Counted from the stretch's first letter, positions 19,445 through 28,752 are shown. The stretch: DNA of 64,000 nt from an uncultured Candidatus Saccharibacteria bacterium (GCA_964434255.1 CAYSUL010000001.1:181695-245694), one strand, 5' to 3'. Numbers and translations: made by a program. Notes: generated by a model from the letters alone, not told the origin.

Positions 19445-22075
19445 CTATTTCTTACTATTCTCTAGCGCTCTGACACAGGTAGCAATAGCCGCAGCACGTT
19501 CTGGGGGGATAGCCTTGAGGTTTGCCTCTACATGCTTTCTTAGATTATTCACGAGGTTCTGGAACTTCTTGGCATCCCTTCCTTGATGTTCCATATTCGA
19601 CATGACGAGCGTGAGGTAGAGGCGAACGAAAAGGGTGCGGACACGACCTATCTCCTTCTTGCAGATACCTATAGCATCTTTGCGAGTGAGCTTATCGCTT
19701 ATATTTGCGTCTGTTGTTCCATCTCCATCTATGTCGAGCGATAGCTGGCTCACACCTGAGCCTGACACAGTAACAGTCGCCTGAGTTGAGGATCCAACGG
19801 GAAGTTTGCTGAATTCCCTAAACACCTCTCCGTTCTCATTGGCAAAAGTAAGATCGAATACTCCACTGCCAGTGCCACTAATCGCGATGTCGTAGGTACG
19901 ATCTGCGGGTAGTACTAGGTACTTTGCTTCCCCGCCAAGCTCGATACTACTTCCTGGAATTCCTTCACGAACATACTTAAGATCGTTGTTTGTATCATCG
20001 TAGCTGAAGATGCCTGTCTGATGTCCGTCACTATCTCTTGCGGCAATTATCGCAGGAGAATGCACCCCAACGATTACTTTTGACTCCGAACTTTCAGGCT
20101 TTGCTATAGGAAACAGATTTTCTTCAAACGAGACATCTAGCCCAAGCAGATTAGCGAGATAGGCATGCATATGAGCCGACTCAGTTATATTCTTATGTAT
20201 CCTCGTTTCACCGAATTGGTCATTTAGTTCCGCGAGATTGAAATAGACAGCCTTGCCTTGAAACACCGCGCTCCTGGTTAAGACCGTTTCATCTCCGTCA
20301 TCCGTAAGCTTTGGCGTGTACTCAATATACGTAGGGCATGAGAGCGAGAAGCAGGACATCTCTTTCGTCACATAGTCCGCGCCACTCATGGTCGACTGAC
20401 CCCAACCTGCTATTTCATACACCTGCACATCAAGAGCCGGTGTCCACGTATCGAGAATCGCATGCGTCGCCTTTGCTTTTGCGACGAGCGCGGAAGAGAG
20501 CGGAAGAGGCGTACCCGTGTCGCCTGCCGTTGGTGCCGGACGCGTTGCCGGATTATTCAGCGCGAAGCTCTCTGCTTCCGCGGCAGTATCAAGAGACGGA
20601 CCATATACATTTGTGAACGCCGTGGTCTTCGCTCCAGGAGCAAACGTTGCGATGGGTGCTGCAGCGTCCTCGAAGTACGCAGCGGAAGGGATAAGCGTAT
20701 ACGCCCCCGGAAATGTCGCCGCGACATCGCGTCTGACCGTTGATGGTATCCAGAACTGCAAGTCTATCTCCCGACCATGCAGCAGTGCTGACAATCCCTT
20801 TGGAGTACCGGTCTGGGGAGTAGCGATGAATATGACCCTGTCTACGAGCCCCGTCTTTCCTTCCGCTGCGAGCTTTACCATAAGCGCTTTTGCGAGAAGG
20901 CCGCCATTACTGTGCCCGATGATTGTTACCCTCCCACTCTTAGAGCTCGCGGCCAAGCGTTCGACCTCAGACACGAGATATTCGCGTGAGCCGTTTTCCT
21001 TGAGCGCACCGTCGCGCACGACATCTAGCACGTCGTACCGCCAATCGTACGAATATCCCTTCCAATCAGCTATCTTTCCTTCCTGCTTAAGCTCATCGAG
21101 GTAGCCCATGAACTTTCCATAGATGGTAGTGCTGTATGGGAGGTTCAAGACCGAATCAATGATGTCGCGCGTATAGACAGTGATTGGACTTGTTCCATCG
21201 GATCCAAGGGCCAACTTCTTCACATCGCTGGTTCCGATTGGCTCCCATAGCAGCTCTTCCCTTTCGCCTTCTTTCGTATACAAACGGCTTGTAAGGAAGC
21301 CAGGTAAGAAAAGTACATTCGACGCCCCGCTCACGACACCTTCAACCACCTCTATCTCAAGGAGGTCGTACATGACCGGAAGCTGAGGAGCACCATCCTC
21401 ATTCTCCTTGCCGTGCTCGATGAAATTCCTGAAGGGTTCAAGCGGGAATGACGCCACCGGACAAAGTTCTCCTTGAGGACCTGTGCATAAGTCAGCTGCG
21501 GTAAGTCCAGGGACGGTTCCTTCATCGGTTCGTTCATATGTCGCGCTAAGCGCGATGACGTATTTGCCGGGAGTATCGAAACGGACAGTAAGGTCAGGAG
21601 TCTCACCGTGCGAAACAGGCGTCGAAGCAATACGGGTACTTGAGCCCAATTCCCCCTGGAACACATCAAGTGTCAGGGTCGCGGATTCAAAGATAGGATT
21701 GAACGGAACTACATGGCCGCCATATGGAGCGAATGGGTCAACCGGATTAACTACATACGACCAGGAGAGATTCCCATCAACGCCAGTCTGAAGCTGCGTC
21801 GGCGCATCCGTACTCAGCGGAGTTCCGTTCCACGCAGCACTCATCTCGAACAGAGTGGCCGCTGCACGCATATGTTCTCTTCCCTCAAAGAAGGGATTCG
21901 GAATCACGAGAATGCTCCCATCTTCCTGAAGACAGCGCTGATTGAAATCAGTGTCATACACGCACGGTTCTTCGGGTGTCTGTGCGAAAACGTGAGCGGG
22001 AAATTGCGAGAACGCGGTCGCGAACAGTAATACAAAGGTCAGTGATTTTTCCATTGCCTGCATCGTAGCGGGCAA
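19445..22075 (-). CDS. large secreted protein with a central LCAT/PGAP1-like alpha/beta-hydrolase (lipase/acyltransferase) domain
   Basis: 876 aa. Signal peptide (MEKSLTFVLLFATAFSQFPAHVFAQ), YDWRYD motif plus nucleophile elbow IIGHSNGG, and Asp-rich DIDGDGTTD near the C-terminus. GC ~48-50%, below the flanking ~60%. Confidence 0.65.
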   Translation of the reverse strand: MPATMQAMEKSLTFVLLFATAFSQFPAHVFAQTPEEPCVYDTDFNQRCLQEDGSILVIPNPFFEGREHMRAAATLFEMSAAWNGTPLSTDAPTQLQTGVDGNLSWSYVVNPVDPFAPYGGHVVPFNPIFESATLTLDVFQGELGSSTRIASTPVSHGETPDLTVRFDTPGKYVIALSATYERTDEGTVPGLTAADLCTGPQGELCPVASFPLEPFRNFIEHGKENEDGAPQLPVMYDLLEIEVVEGVVSGASNVLFLPGFLTSRLYTKEGEREELLWEPIGTSDVKKLALGSDGTSPITVYTRDIIDSVLNLPYSTTIYGKFMGYLDELKQEGKIADWKGYSYDWRYDVLDVVRDGALKENGSREYLVSEVERLAASSKSGRVTIIGHSNGGLLAKALMVKLAAEGKTGLVDRVIFIATPQTGTPKGLSALLHGREIDLQFWIPSTVRRDVAATFPGAYTLIPSAAYFEDAAAPIATFAPGAKTTAFTNVYGPSLDTAAEAESFALNNPATRPAPTAGDTGTPLPLSSALVAKAKATHAILDTWTPALDVQVYEIAGWGQSTMSGADYVTKEMSCFSLSCPTYIEYTPKLTDDGDETVLTRSAVFQGKAVYFNLAELNDQFGETRIHKNITESAHMHAYLANLLGLDVSFEENLFPIAKPESSESKVIVGVHSPAIIAARDSDGHQTGIFSYDDTNNDLKYVREGIPGSSIELGGEAKYLVLPADRTYDIAISGTGSGVFDLTFANENGEVFREFSKLPVGSSTQATVTVSGSGVSQLSLDIDGDGTTDANISDKLTRKDAIGICKKEIGRVRTLFVRLYLTLVMSNMEHQGRDAKKFQNLVNNLRKHVEANLKAIPPERAAAIATCVRALENSKK

Positions 22076-22118
22076 AAGATAATGAAAAGATAAAATTTCC
22101 GGAGTTTTCGTCTCCCAC

Positions 22119-22140
22119 CTGTTGATAACTCCTCATATCC
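22119..22140 (-). promoter_or_regulatory. Conserved 22-nt motif (coding-strand GGATATGAGGAGTTATCAACAG), copy 1, upstream of the hydrolase gene
   Basis: 20/22 identity with copy 2 at 24008..24029. Contains the DnaA-box-like TTATCAACA. Confidence 0.4.
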
Positions 22141-22159
22141 TGACCTTCATTGTTAATAA

Positions 22160-22190
22160 AGAAGCCCCGCCGGTAAACCGACGGGGCTCA
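22160..22190 (-). terminator. Rho-independent terminator of the 22211..23830 gene
   Basis: agccccgcc-ggtaaacc-gacggggct hairpin. Confidence 0.55.
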
Positions 22191-22210
22191 AGGTTCTCTC
22201 GGGCGGGCCG

Positions 22211-23830
22211 CTAGGCCCGCTTCACGAACGTCAGGACGGACACGCCCTGGATGACCGGATGGAACGAGACGAGATGATCGACGCGCTCCACCTGGTAACC
22301 TTCGGCGATGAGCCTATCCTGCTCGTCGACGAAATCAGGAACGTTCGTCCACAACGTGCGGACGCCGAGAACAGCATCCGGTTGGCGCAGGATAGCGCTA
22401 CTTGGTGGCTCTTGTTTGGTCATGGCCATCAGAGGAGCGGTTTCGGGTGGCTCTACTCGCGCTTCAGACTCAACCGCGGGAGCGGGAGCTTCCGCCGGCT
22501 CTGCTGCTGCAACAAGTGGTGGCGTAGGTGCTTCAGGACGCTTCCGAGCGATGGAACCGTCCTTCTGCTTGGGCATCGTCGCCGTAAGCTCACGATAGAT
22601 ACTCCAAGCCTCAATGAGCGCTTTCATCTCCGCACTCTTTTCTTCACGCTTCGGAAGACCGAATAGCCCTTTCGCGTGCGTCGCGATCGTGCTCACGCCA
22701 CCGGTCGAGGCATGAACTGCCTTTGCGGCGAGGGTAACACTCCCCGCCGCAGCCAAAGCATCCAGCACCTCGATTCTCCGAACGCTAAGCTTGCGCGCTT
22801 TCATTGCCCGCTTGATACGAGCAACGACCGCTTCTCGCTCTGCGTCGGTGAAGAGCGAGACCTCCAGGTTTGGGGCAGGCGGAGCCAGTTCGCACAGCTC
22901 CACGATAGGTTCCGCGTCCAGAGGCGTCTCTTCGACGACTTTCGTGGACGAATCCGGCGGCGACGCTTCCGCGAGCTCGCGCCCGCGATAACGCGCCCAC
23001 GCACGGGCGAGCACGACTAACTCCTGCTTGGCTCCTTCCTTTCTTCCTTCGGCCTCGACAGTCGGGACCTTGAAGATCGCCTTCAGTTGCGAGAGACTCG
23101 CGCTTACGCCATTGGCTTCGACACCAAGCGCAGCGGCAATACGTGCCACTGTACCTTCCACGATCAGCGTGTCGAGGATGAGAGCCCTTCGCTCGGTGAT
23201 CGGCTTCCTGTTCATGATTTTCATGATGCGCGACAGAAGCGGGTCGGACCCTTCTGGGGCGGGCGGTTGCACCTCTTGCACTGGTTCAGCCAAGAGAACA
23301 TCCGAGCCTGCTTCTTCAGGCTCCGGAGCCTCGATGATGAGTCTCGGTTCGTCGACGGGCACTTCCCGCACCTCCTCCGGTTGTGGAGCCGCAGTGAGCT
23401 CATCAACGATTGCGCTCTTTGCCGTGGCAAGCGGAAGCGCTCTCTCTTCGTTCCCCAACCTTAAATCAGGGACGGCGACCTTCTCGGCGCTCAACTCGAG
23501 CGCATAAAGAAGGAACTCGGTATGTTCCTCATTGATCGGCCCTGGTTTTTCGTAGATGCGGTTCATGAGGATGGCCGCCGCCCGCTTCTCACCCATCGAC
23601 AGCTTCGTCGAGAGCTTCAGGCTGCGGAACAGCTTTTCCATGAGAAGCGGCAGACGAGCAACCTCAACCCTGAGGCTGCCCGCAATCTTCTGGTCGGAAA
23701 GACCAGCTGACAAGTCGATAAGCAGGGTGGAACTTTGTTCCGAGAGACCATCGATATGCCTGCCGATATTCTGACGGCTTATGGTCGGCGAGAAGACCTT
23801 ACCAGTGGGTGCTTGAACCAACGCAGACAT
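22211..23830 (-). CDS. protein with three tandem LuxR/GerE-type HTH repeats separated by Pro/Glu-rich linkers
   Basis: 540 aa from the ATG at 23830 (AAAGGGG Shine-Dalgarno). Repeats ITERRALILDTLIVEGTVARIAAALGVEANGVSASLSQLKAIFKV and SVRRIEVLDALAAAGSVTLAAKAVHASTGGVSTIATHAKGLFGL, with a weaker N-terminal copy. Confidence 0.55.
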   Translation of the reverse strand: MSALVQAPTGKVFSPTISRQNIGRHIDGLSEQSSTLLIDLSAGLSDQKIAGSLRVEVARLPLLMEKLFRSLKLSTKLSMGEKRAAAILMNRIYEKPGPINEEHTEFLLYALELSAEKVAVPDLRLGNEERALPLATAKSAIVDELTAAPQPEEVREVPVDEPRLIIEAPEPEEAGSDVLLAEPVQEVQPPAPEGSDPLLSRIMKIMNRKPITERRALILDTLIVEGTVARIAAALGVEANGVSASLSQLKAIFKVPTVEAEGRKEGAKQELVVLARAWARYRGRELAEASPPDSSTKVVEETPLDAEPIVELCELAPPAPNLEVSLFTDAEREAVVARIKRAMKARKLSVRRIEVLDALAAAGSVTLAAKAVHASTGGVSTIATHAKGLFGLPKREEKSAEMKALIEAWSIYRELTATMPKQKDGSIARKRPEAPTPPLVAAAEPAEAPAPAVESEARVEPPETAPLMAMTKQEPPSSAILRQPDAVLGVRTLWTNVPDFVDEQDRLIAEGYQVERVDHLVSFHPVIQGVSVLTFVKRA

Positions 23831-24007
23831 GTCATGACCCCTTTCGGCCTGATGATATTTATTATTGTGGGCGATTTGTACTCGGCATCTCGTGGGAGTA
23901 TGGACCAATCCTAAATGAAATCAAATCCGCCCTCGTGAGCATATTAGAACTCCTCGACAGCTCCTGCAGCCATATCACGGAATTCGATTCCTGCTTCTTT
24001 CGACACA

Positions 24008-24029
24008 TTTGTTGATAACTTTCATATCC
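24008..24029 (-). promoter_or_regulatory. Conserved motif copy 2 (coding-strand GGATATGAAAGTTATCAACAA), upstream of the LuxR-repeat gene
   Basis: See copy 1. Both copies sit ~20-30 nt beyond the terminator of the preceding gene. Confidence 0.4.
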
Positions 24030-24048
24030 AACACCGAGGCACTGAGAT

Positions 24049-24076
24049 ATGAAAATGCCCCGACAAGCCGGGGCAT
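24049..24076. terminator. Rho-independent terminator (aaaatgccccg-acaa-gccggggcatttt)
   Basis: Perfect stem with A/T runs on both sides. Follows the 24097..24993 gene. Confidence 0.65.
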
Positions 24077-24096
24077 TTTTATATCAGAACCGTTCG

Positions 24097-24993
24097 TTAG
24101 TCAGCAGCGGTCTTGAAGTCCTGAACGCTCGAAGTAGCAGTGTTGCCCGCCTTATCGGTCGCTACGACGATGAAGTAGTAGTCAGTGTCATCATTGAGAG
24201 TATCGAGAGCAAGCTCGTGCGTGCGCAAGAACCTCGCAACGGTCTCCTTCTCGGCATCTGCTAGGTCGACATCGTTATCGGTGCCATACCATACGACTGC
24301 TTTCGTACGCTCGTTGGTATTCCACGAGAGCGTTACGGAATCGTCCGTGATGTCATCGGTATCGATATCCGAAATGGCAGGTGCAGTCGTATCGCGGGTA
24401 GTGGTCGCAGTCGAGGTGCTATTCCTCCAATCGACTCCGAGCTTCTTAGCGATACCTTCTGGTATCTTCCCGCACGCAGAGAGGTCTATTGAAGCATTAC
24501 CGAGGCGCTTCTTAGCCTGGCCAGGAGCGATCAGCTTGCCCCACGCCTTGCACTTGAAGTCTGAATCGTCCGCAAGCGCGTTCAGGCGCGCGCGAGTCTT
24601 TGCACCAACAGCGACTTCGCCTTCGACACCGTGCTTCTTCTGGAACTTAGCGACGGCCTTGGCGGTGAGTGCGCCATAGAAGCCGGTCACAAGACCTTCG
24701 GGATAGATATCAGGGTCTGCTGCGAGTATTTCCTGGAGTGCTTTCACCTCTTCGCTCGTCATCCCCTGGCGAAGTTCACCCGCGAGCGCCATAGTCTCCC
24801 TGAGCTCGCTAACGGTTTCGCTATGCTTCTTCATAAGTTCAGCGAGCTGGTCCTGGAGCTTCTTTATCTGCTCGAGGTACGTCTGCATCTGCACACTTGT
24901 CGTGGAGGTTACCGTCTCCGCGAACGCTGCGGTCGGCGCAATGCCTACGACAAGCGAGAGCGCGATAGTGAGTGCGGCTAGTTTCTTTACCAT
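24097..24993 (-). CDS. secreted protein: peptidoglycan-binding (PG_binding_1-like) domain plus C-terminal FN3/beta-sandwich-like domain
   Basis: 298 aa. Signal peptide, LQEILAADPDIYPEGLVTGFYGALTAKAVAKFQKKHGV and DSVTLSWNT...VVWYGTD. Confidence 0.55.
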   Translation of the reverse strand: MVKKLAALTIALSLVVGIAPTAAFAETVTSTTSVQMQTYLEQIKKLQDQLAELMKKHSETVSELRETMALAGELRQGMTSEEVKALQEILAADPDIYPEGLVTGFYGALTAKAVAKFQKKHGVEGEVAVGAKTRARLNALADDSDFKCKAWGKLIAPGQAKKRLGNASIDLSACGKIPEGIAKKLGVDWRNSTSTATTTRDTTAPAISDIDTDDITDDSVTLSWNTNERTKAVVWYGTDNDVDLADAEKETVARFLRTHELALDTLNDDTDYYFIVVATDKAGNTATSSVQDFKTAAD

Positions 24994-25112
24994 AAATGTA
25001 TTGAGTCAATAGTTATGCGTTGTAATAGCAGGAATCGAATACACCGCTTATACAGTGTATACCGTCTATGAAGACGGGTGGGACTGAACCCACTTACCGC
25101 GAAATCTTTCCC

Positions 25113-25211
25113 TTATCTACTCCGTTCCGGAATGGCTCTATGCCTACCCTGTTCCACTCCTATGAAATACCCGATGGCGAGAAGGGTGAGGACAATAAGC
25201 AACTTCTTCAT
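25113..25211 (-). CDS. 32-aa hydrophobic peptide (MKKLLIVLTLLAIGYFIGVEQGRHRAIPERSR)
   Basis: Below the ORF-track size cutoff. AGGGAG Shine-Dalgarno 1 nt before the ATG. Followed by two hairpins. Confidence 0.25.
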   Translation of the reverse strand: MKKLLIVLTLLAIGYFIGVEQGRHRAIPERSR

Positions 25212-25251
25212 ACTCCCTACAACCACCGCCTTGCCCTGCTCGTTTCGCTAG

Positions 25252-26004
25252 CTAGTCGAATTCGAGATAGAGGGGTGCATGGTCGGACACTTCGTCCGGC
25301 AATACCTTGAAATCCTTCACTTCGATCTCGCCGCTTACGAACGTGTAGTCGGCGAATTTCTCAGGCTTCGTATAGTGACTGGTGCGAGTCGAGGTCACGC
25401 CATATTCCTTTATGAGGTTACGCAGACCTGCTGCTTCGATTCGGCTTACGCTCTCGGTATCCGGCCGAAGATTGAAATCTCCCATTAAAATAACTCGTTC
25501 TTTCCGTGCAACAACGAAGCCTGCGATGCGATCCGATTGCTCGAGTCGCTCGGCGCAGTCAGCCTTTCCCTGGCCGTTCCATAGCCCGTGGACATTCATG
25601 ATGGTGAGTGGCCCGCCAGAAGTAAGAACGGTTACATATTGCAGGTTCCGAGCGTGATTGCCGTATTCATCCGGTGAGATGAATCCCGCTTCCTTATATA
25701 CGTAAATCTCCCCCTCTTCCTCGACCGCCAGTTCTTTCCGTACATACATGGCTAGTCCGTAATAGTCACTGAAGTGGGGCCGGAAATACACCCGATGATC
25801 GGGCAGCGCCTCCTCGATATCCTGCAGCAACCGCGTGTTCCTCTTCGCTAATTCAAAATCGCTTTTCTCGCCCAACATTTCTTCTCCCCCATTCCATATC
25901 TCTTGAAGGCAAAAAATATCCGCATCCGCATGCTTCTTGAAGAATGCAAGGAGTTCGCTCATTCCCGCCTCGCCTCCCCACGTATTGAGTGAGATGACCT
26001 TCAT
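25252..26004 (-). CDS. endonuclease/exonuclease/phosphatase (EEP) family protein
   Basis: 250 aa. N-terminal KVISLNTWGGE and C-terminal SDHAPL motif. Confidence 0.7.
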   Translation of the reverse strand: MKVISLNTWGGEAGMSELLAFFKKHADADIFCLQEIWNGGEEMLGEKSDFELAKRNTRLLQDIEEALPDHRVYFRPHFSDYYGLAMYVRKELAVEEEGEIYVYKEAGFISPDEYGNHARNLQYVTVLTSGGPLTIMNVHGLWNGQGKADCAERLEQSDRIAGFVVARKERVILMGDFNLRPDTESVSRIEAAGLRNLIKEYGVTSTRTSHYTKPEKFADYTFVSGEIEVKDFKVLPDEVSDHAPLYLEFD

Positions 26005-26007
26005 GCG

Positions 26008-26637
26008 CTACACCCCAATAAGAAGCCCGAATATCCAGCTGATGAAGTCGTAGAACGGACCAGCGAAGAAGTAGGTAAAGATGAACAGTATGGCGATGAG
26101 CGTGAAGATGCTGCCCGCGCGCATGCGATCCTCGAACTCACGCATCTGCATGCCGATCTTGTACGGCAGGATACCGCGCAGCACCGTGAACCCATCGAGC
26201 GGAGGTATAGGAATGAGGTTGAAGATGCCGAGGGAGAGGTTCGTGAGGGTCACGAGCGCTGCCAGATCGCCGAACTCGCCGAACCCGTTCGCATACGCAT
26301 AGCGCGCAACGAGTGCGAAGATGACCGCGAGCAGGAGATTGGTGGCGACGCCCGCGACCGCGACGATGGCCTCGCCCCACCGCTGGTTCTTCAGGTTGTA
26401 TGGGTTGTATGGAACAGGCTTCGCCCATCCGAAGAGGATACCTGCGCCCGTCATCACGAGCAGGGCCGGAAGCACGACGGAGCCTACCGGATCGACGTGG
26501 GACGCCGGATTGAGCGTGAGACGCCCTTCGAGCTTTGCCGTAGGGTCTCCGAGGGCATAGGCGGCATATCCATGGGCCACCTCATGGATGATGATCGAGA
26601 GGACGAGGATGATGATGCCGAAGATGAGTATGTCCAT
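26008..26637 (-). CDS. site-2 protease family (peptidase M50) membrane metalloprotease
   Basis: 209 aa. HEVAHG zinc motif in a TM helix and multiple TM segments. Confidence 0.75.
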   Translation of the reverse strand: MDILIFGIIILVLSIIIHEVAHGYAAYALGDPTAKLEGRLTLNPASHVDPVGSVVLPALLVMTGAGILFGWAKPVPYNPYNLKNQRWGEAIVAVAGVATNLLLAVIFALVARYAYANGFGEFGDLAALVTLTNLSLGIFNLIPIPPLDGFTVLRGILPYKIGMQMREFEDRMRAGSIFTLIAILFIFTYFFAGPFYDFISWIFGLLIGV

Positions 26638-26680
26638 GGATTTGCGGAGGTAAGCCTCACTATGCTAGCATGCGGGGACT

Positions 26681-26923
26681 ATGGCACGTAAATGCGCAGT
26701 GACCGGCAAGAGCACGCAAGTAGGCGGGCGGTATTCCAACCGTACCCGTGCTACCCAGTTCAACCCGACCGGCAAGGTCCGCCGCAGCGCGAACCTCCAG
26801 AAGCGCCGCGTCTTCGTCGCTGAGCTCGGCAAGAACGTCCTCATCGATGTCTCCGCCAAGGGCATGCGCCACATCAAGAAGAACGGTGCCTTCGCCACGC
26901 TCACGAAAGCAGGCGTTATCTAA
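26681..26923 (+). CDS. rpmB: 50S ribosomal protein L28
   Basis: 80 aa. MARKCAVTGK...KRRVF...VSAKGMR pattern. Confidence 0.85.
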   Translation: MARKCAVTGKSTQVGGRYSNRTRATQFNPTGKVRRSANLQKRRVFVAELGKNVLIDVSAKGMRHIKKNGAFATLTKAGVI

Positions 26924-26937
26924 TTGGCGCTCGCAAG

Positions 26938-26965
26938 AATCGCCCGGTCAGCTGACCGGGCGATT
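26938..26965. terminator. Rho-independent terminator (atcgcccggtc-agc-tgaccgggcgat-tttc)
   Basis: Follows rpmB (+). Also follows the 26995..27282 gene (-). Confidence 0.65.
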
Positions 26966-26994
26966 TTCTTTTGGAGCGGCTACTAGCTCAGGGC

Positions 26995-27282
26995 CTATGC
27001 GGCCTGACGATCGAGACGAGCGAGCCTCGTATCGATGAGCTTGCCTACCGCCCGAAGGACACGAGACCTGTCCCCGCGAAGAGCCCGTCTCGAGAACGTC
27101 TCGTTGGTGCGGAGCCGAAACGCCTCCGTCTGAGGGGTGGCCGGCAGCTTTCTCCTGCCGACCATGGCCTCGATACAGCTTTTCGTGTCCACGAGCTGGC
27201 TGCGGTAGTTCGGGTCGTACTGGCCGCCGAAGAGGCTGGTGAAAATGTTCCCCGCCATCAGCGTGATGAGGTCGTTGGGCAT
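26995..27282 (-). CDS. hypothetical protein
   Basis: 95 aa. More protein-like than the overlapping longer ORF 26948..27391. Confidence 0.35.
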   Translation of the reverse strand: MPNDLITLMAGNIFTSLFGGQYDPNYRSQLVDTKSCIEAMVGRRKLPATPQTEAFRLRTNETFSRRALRGDRSRVLRAVGKLIDTRLARLDRQAA

Positions 27283-27341
27283 CTTGAATCCTCCTGGAAC
27301 GGTCCCGTTCGCACTGTACCACTACTTTCCTGTCCGTAAAG

Positions 27342-28202
27342 TCACTTGTGCACCATTGTCCTCCCGTCGCTCTTGAAGATGATTGTTCCATCTTCCACCG
27401 TGGAGGCTACCGAAGCCCCCGACGCACGTACACGCTCCAGAACCTCCTCGTGCGGATGGCCGTATGAGTTGTCCTTCCCCGCCGAGATGACCACGACCGA
27501 GGGCGTGACGGCATCGAGCCACGCTGCACTGGTCGACGTGTGCGAGCCATGATGGCCGGCCTTGAGCACATCGCTATCCAACTCCCCGCCAAGCGCGATG
27601 AGGTAGTCCTCGACCGAGGACGGTGCATCGCCCGTGAACATAAAAGAGGTATTGCCGTATACGAGCCGGACCACGACGGAGCCGCTATTGGTCTCCGCCT
27701 TCGACACGTCACGGTCGGGATATAGCACGTCCGCATACACGCTCTCTCCAAGATGGATACGCATACCCTTCCGTGCGAGAATGCTGACCGCGCCCAGCTC
27801 ATCCTCCACGGCCGCTCCGAGCCGCTCCGCCTGGCTCGTCCCATGCTCTATACCGGGCGAAAGATAATAGGAGACGCGATAGCGGTTGAGCACGTCCGGC
27901 AGCCCGCCGATATGGTCGGCGTCCGGATGCGTCGCGAGCACCATATCGATGGAACGGTCGAGCGGGCTCATGACCCGAGGAAGCTCACGTACGACGGCGC
28001 GGTCACGTCCTCCATCTATAAGCAGCTGAACGCCCTCCGGGCTCTCGATGAGGATGGCATCGCCCTGCCCCACATCGAGGAACGACACCGTGAGCAGCTC
28101 TGACGTTGGCTCGAATATGGCGTATATGGCTGCTGTATTCACCGCCATGAGCGCGAATACGATGAACGTGGCTATGGCCGGCTTGGTACGCAAGAAGTTC
28201 AT
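27342..28202 (-). CDS. ComEC/Rec2-type metallo-beta-lactamase domain protein (stand-alone, N-terminal TM anchor)
   Basis: 286 aa from internal Met (MNFLRTKPAIATFIVFALMAV). VSFLDVGQGDAILIE and HPDADHIGG motifs and C-terminal HHGSHTS. Confidence 0.75.
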   Translation of the reverse strand: MNFLRTKPAIATFIVFALMAVNTAAIYAIFEPTSELLTVSFLDVGQGDAILIESPEGVQLLIDGGRDRAVVRELPRVMSPLDRSIDMVLATHPDADHIGGLPDVLNRYRVSYYLSPGIEHGTSQAERLGAAVEDELGAVSILARKGMRIHLGESVYADVLYPDRDVSKAETNSGSVVVRLVYGNTSFMFTGDAPSSVEDYLIALGGELDSDVLKAGHHGSHTSTSAAWLDAVTPSVVVISAGKDNSYGHPHEEVLERVRASGASVASTVEDGTIIFKSDGRTMVHK

Positions 28203-28236
28203 GAAGCGTTGATAGGACCAGTATAGTCCGGCGTAA

Positions 28237-28725
28237 ATGGTACTGTGGATACATACAGAGCGTATGTTCCTCAAGCGCCTATCTAATCGCATGCTTGCTC
28301 CCTTCCAGCTCCTGTACTGGCGCGTCGCCATGCCGGAAGCCGAGGGAGCAAAGGTCCTCATCGAGCACAACGGGAACTTCCTTCTCATCCGCGAGACGTA
28401 CGGGCCCAAGCACTGGACGCTTCCTGGCGGGCGGAGTCGCAAGGACGAGGAACCGACCGAGACCGCTAAACGCAAGGTTCGCGAGGAGGTGGGCATCGAG
28501 CTCACGAAGCTCGTCACGCTCGGCTCCTATTTCCATACCCGGCAGCATAAGAAGGATGTCATCTGCGCGTACTTCGCCCAGGTCGATACGCAGGCCTTCC
28601 AGATAAACCCGAACACCATAGGCGAAGCCCACTGGTTCAGCGTCGAGGAGCTCGCAAGTCTCGAGCAATCGGAATCAGTCGACGACGTGCTTGAGCTCTA
28701 CCACAAATACAAGGCTGAAAAGTAA
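28237..28725 (+). CDS. NUDIX hydrolase
   Basis: 162 aa. Nudix box GGRSRKDEEPTETAKRKVREEVGIE. Confidence 0.8.
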   Translation: MVLWIHTERMFLKRLSNRMLAPFQLLYWRVAMPEAEGAKVLIEHNGNFLLIRETYGPKHWTLPGGRSRKDEEPTETAKRKVREEVGIELTKLVTLGSYFHTRQHKKDVICAYFAQVDTQAFQINPNTIGEAHWFSVEELASLEQSESVDDVLELYHKYKAEK

Positions 28726-28752
28726 GACCCTTCCGCCGGAACGGAAGGGTCT

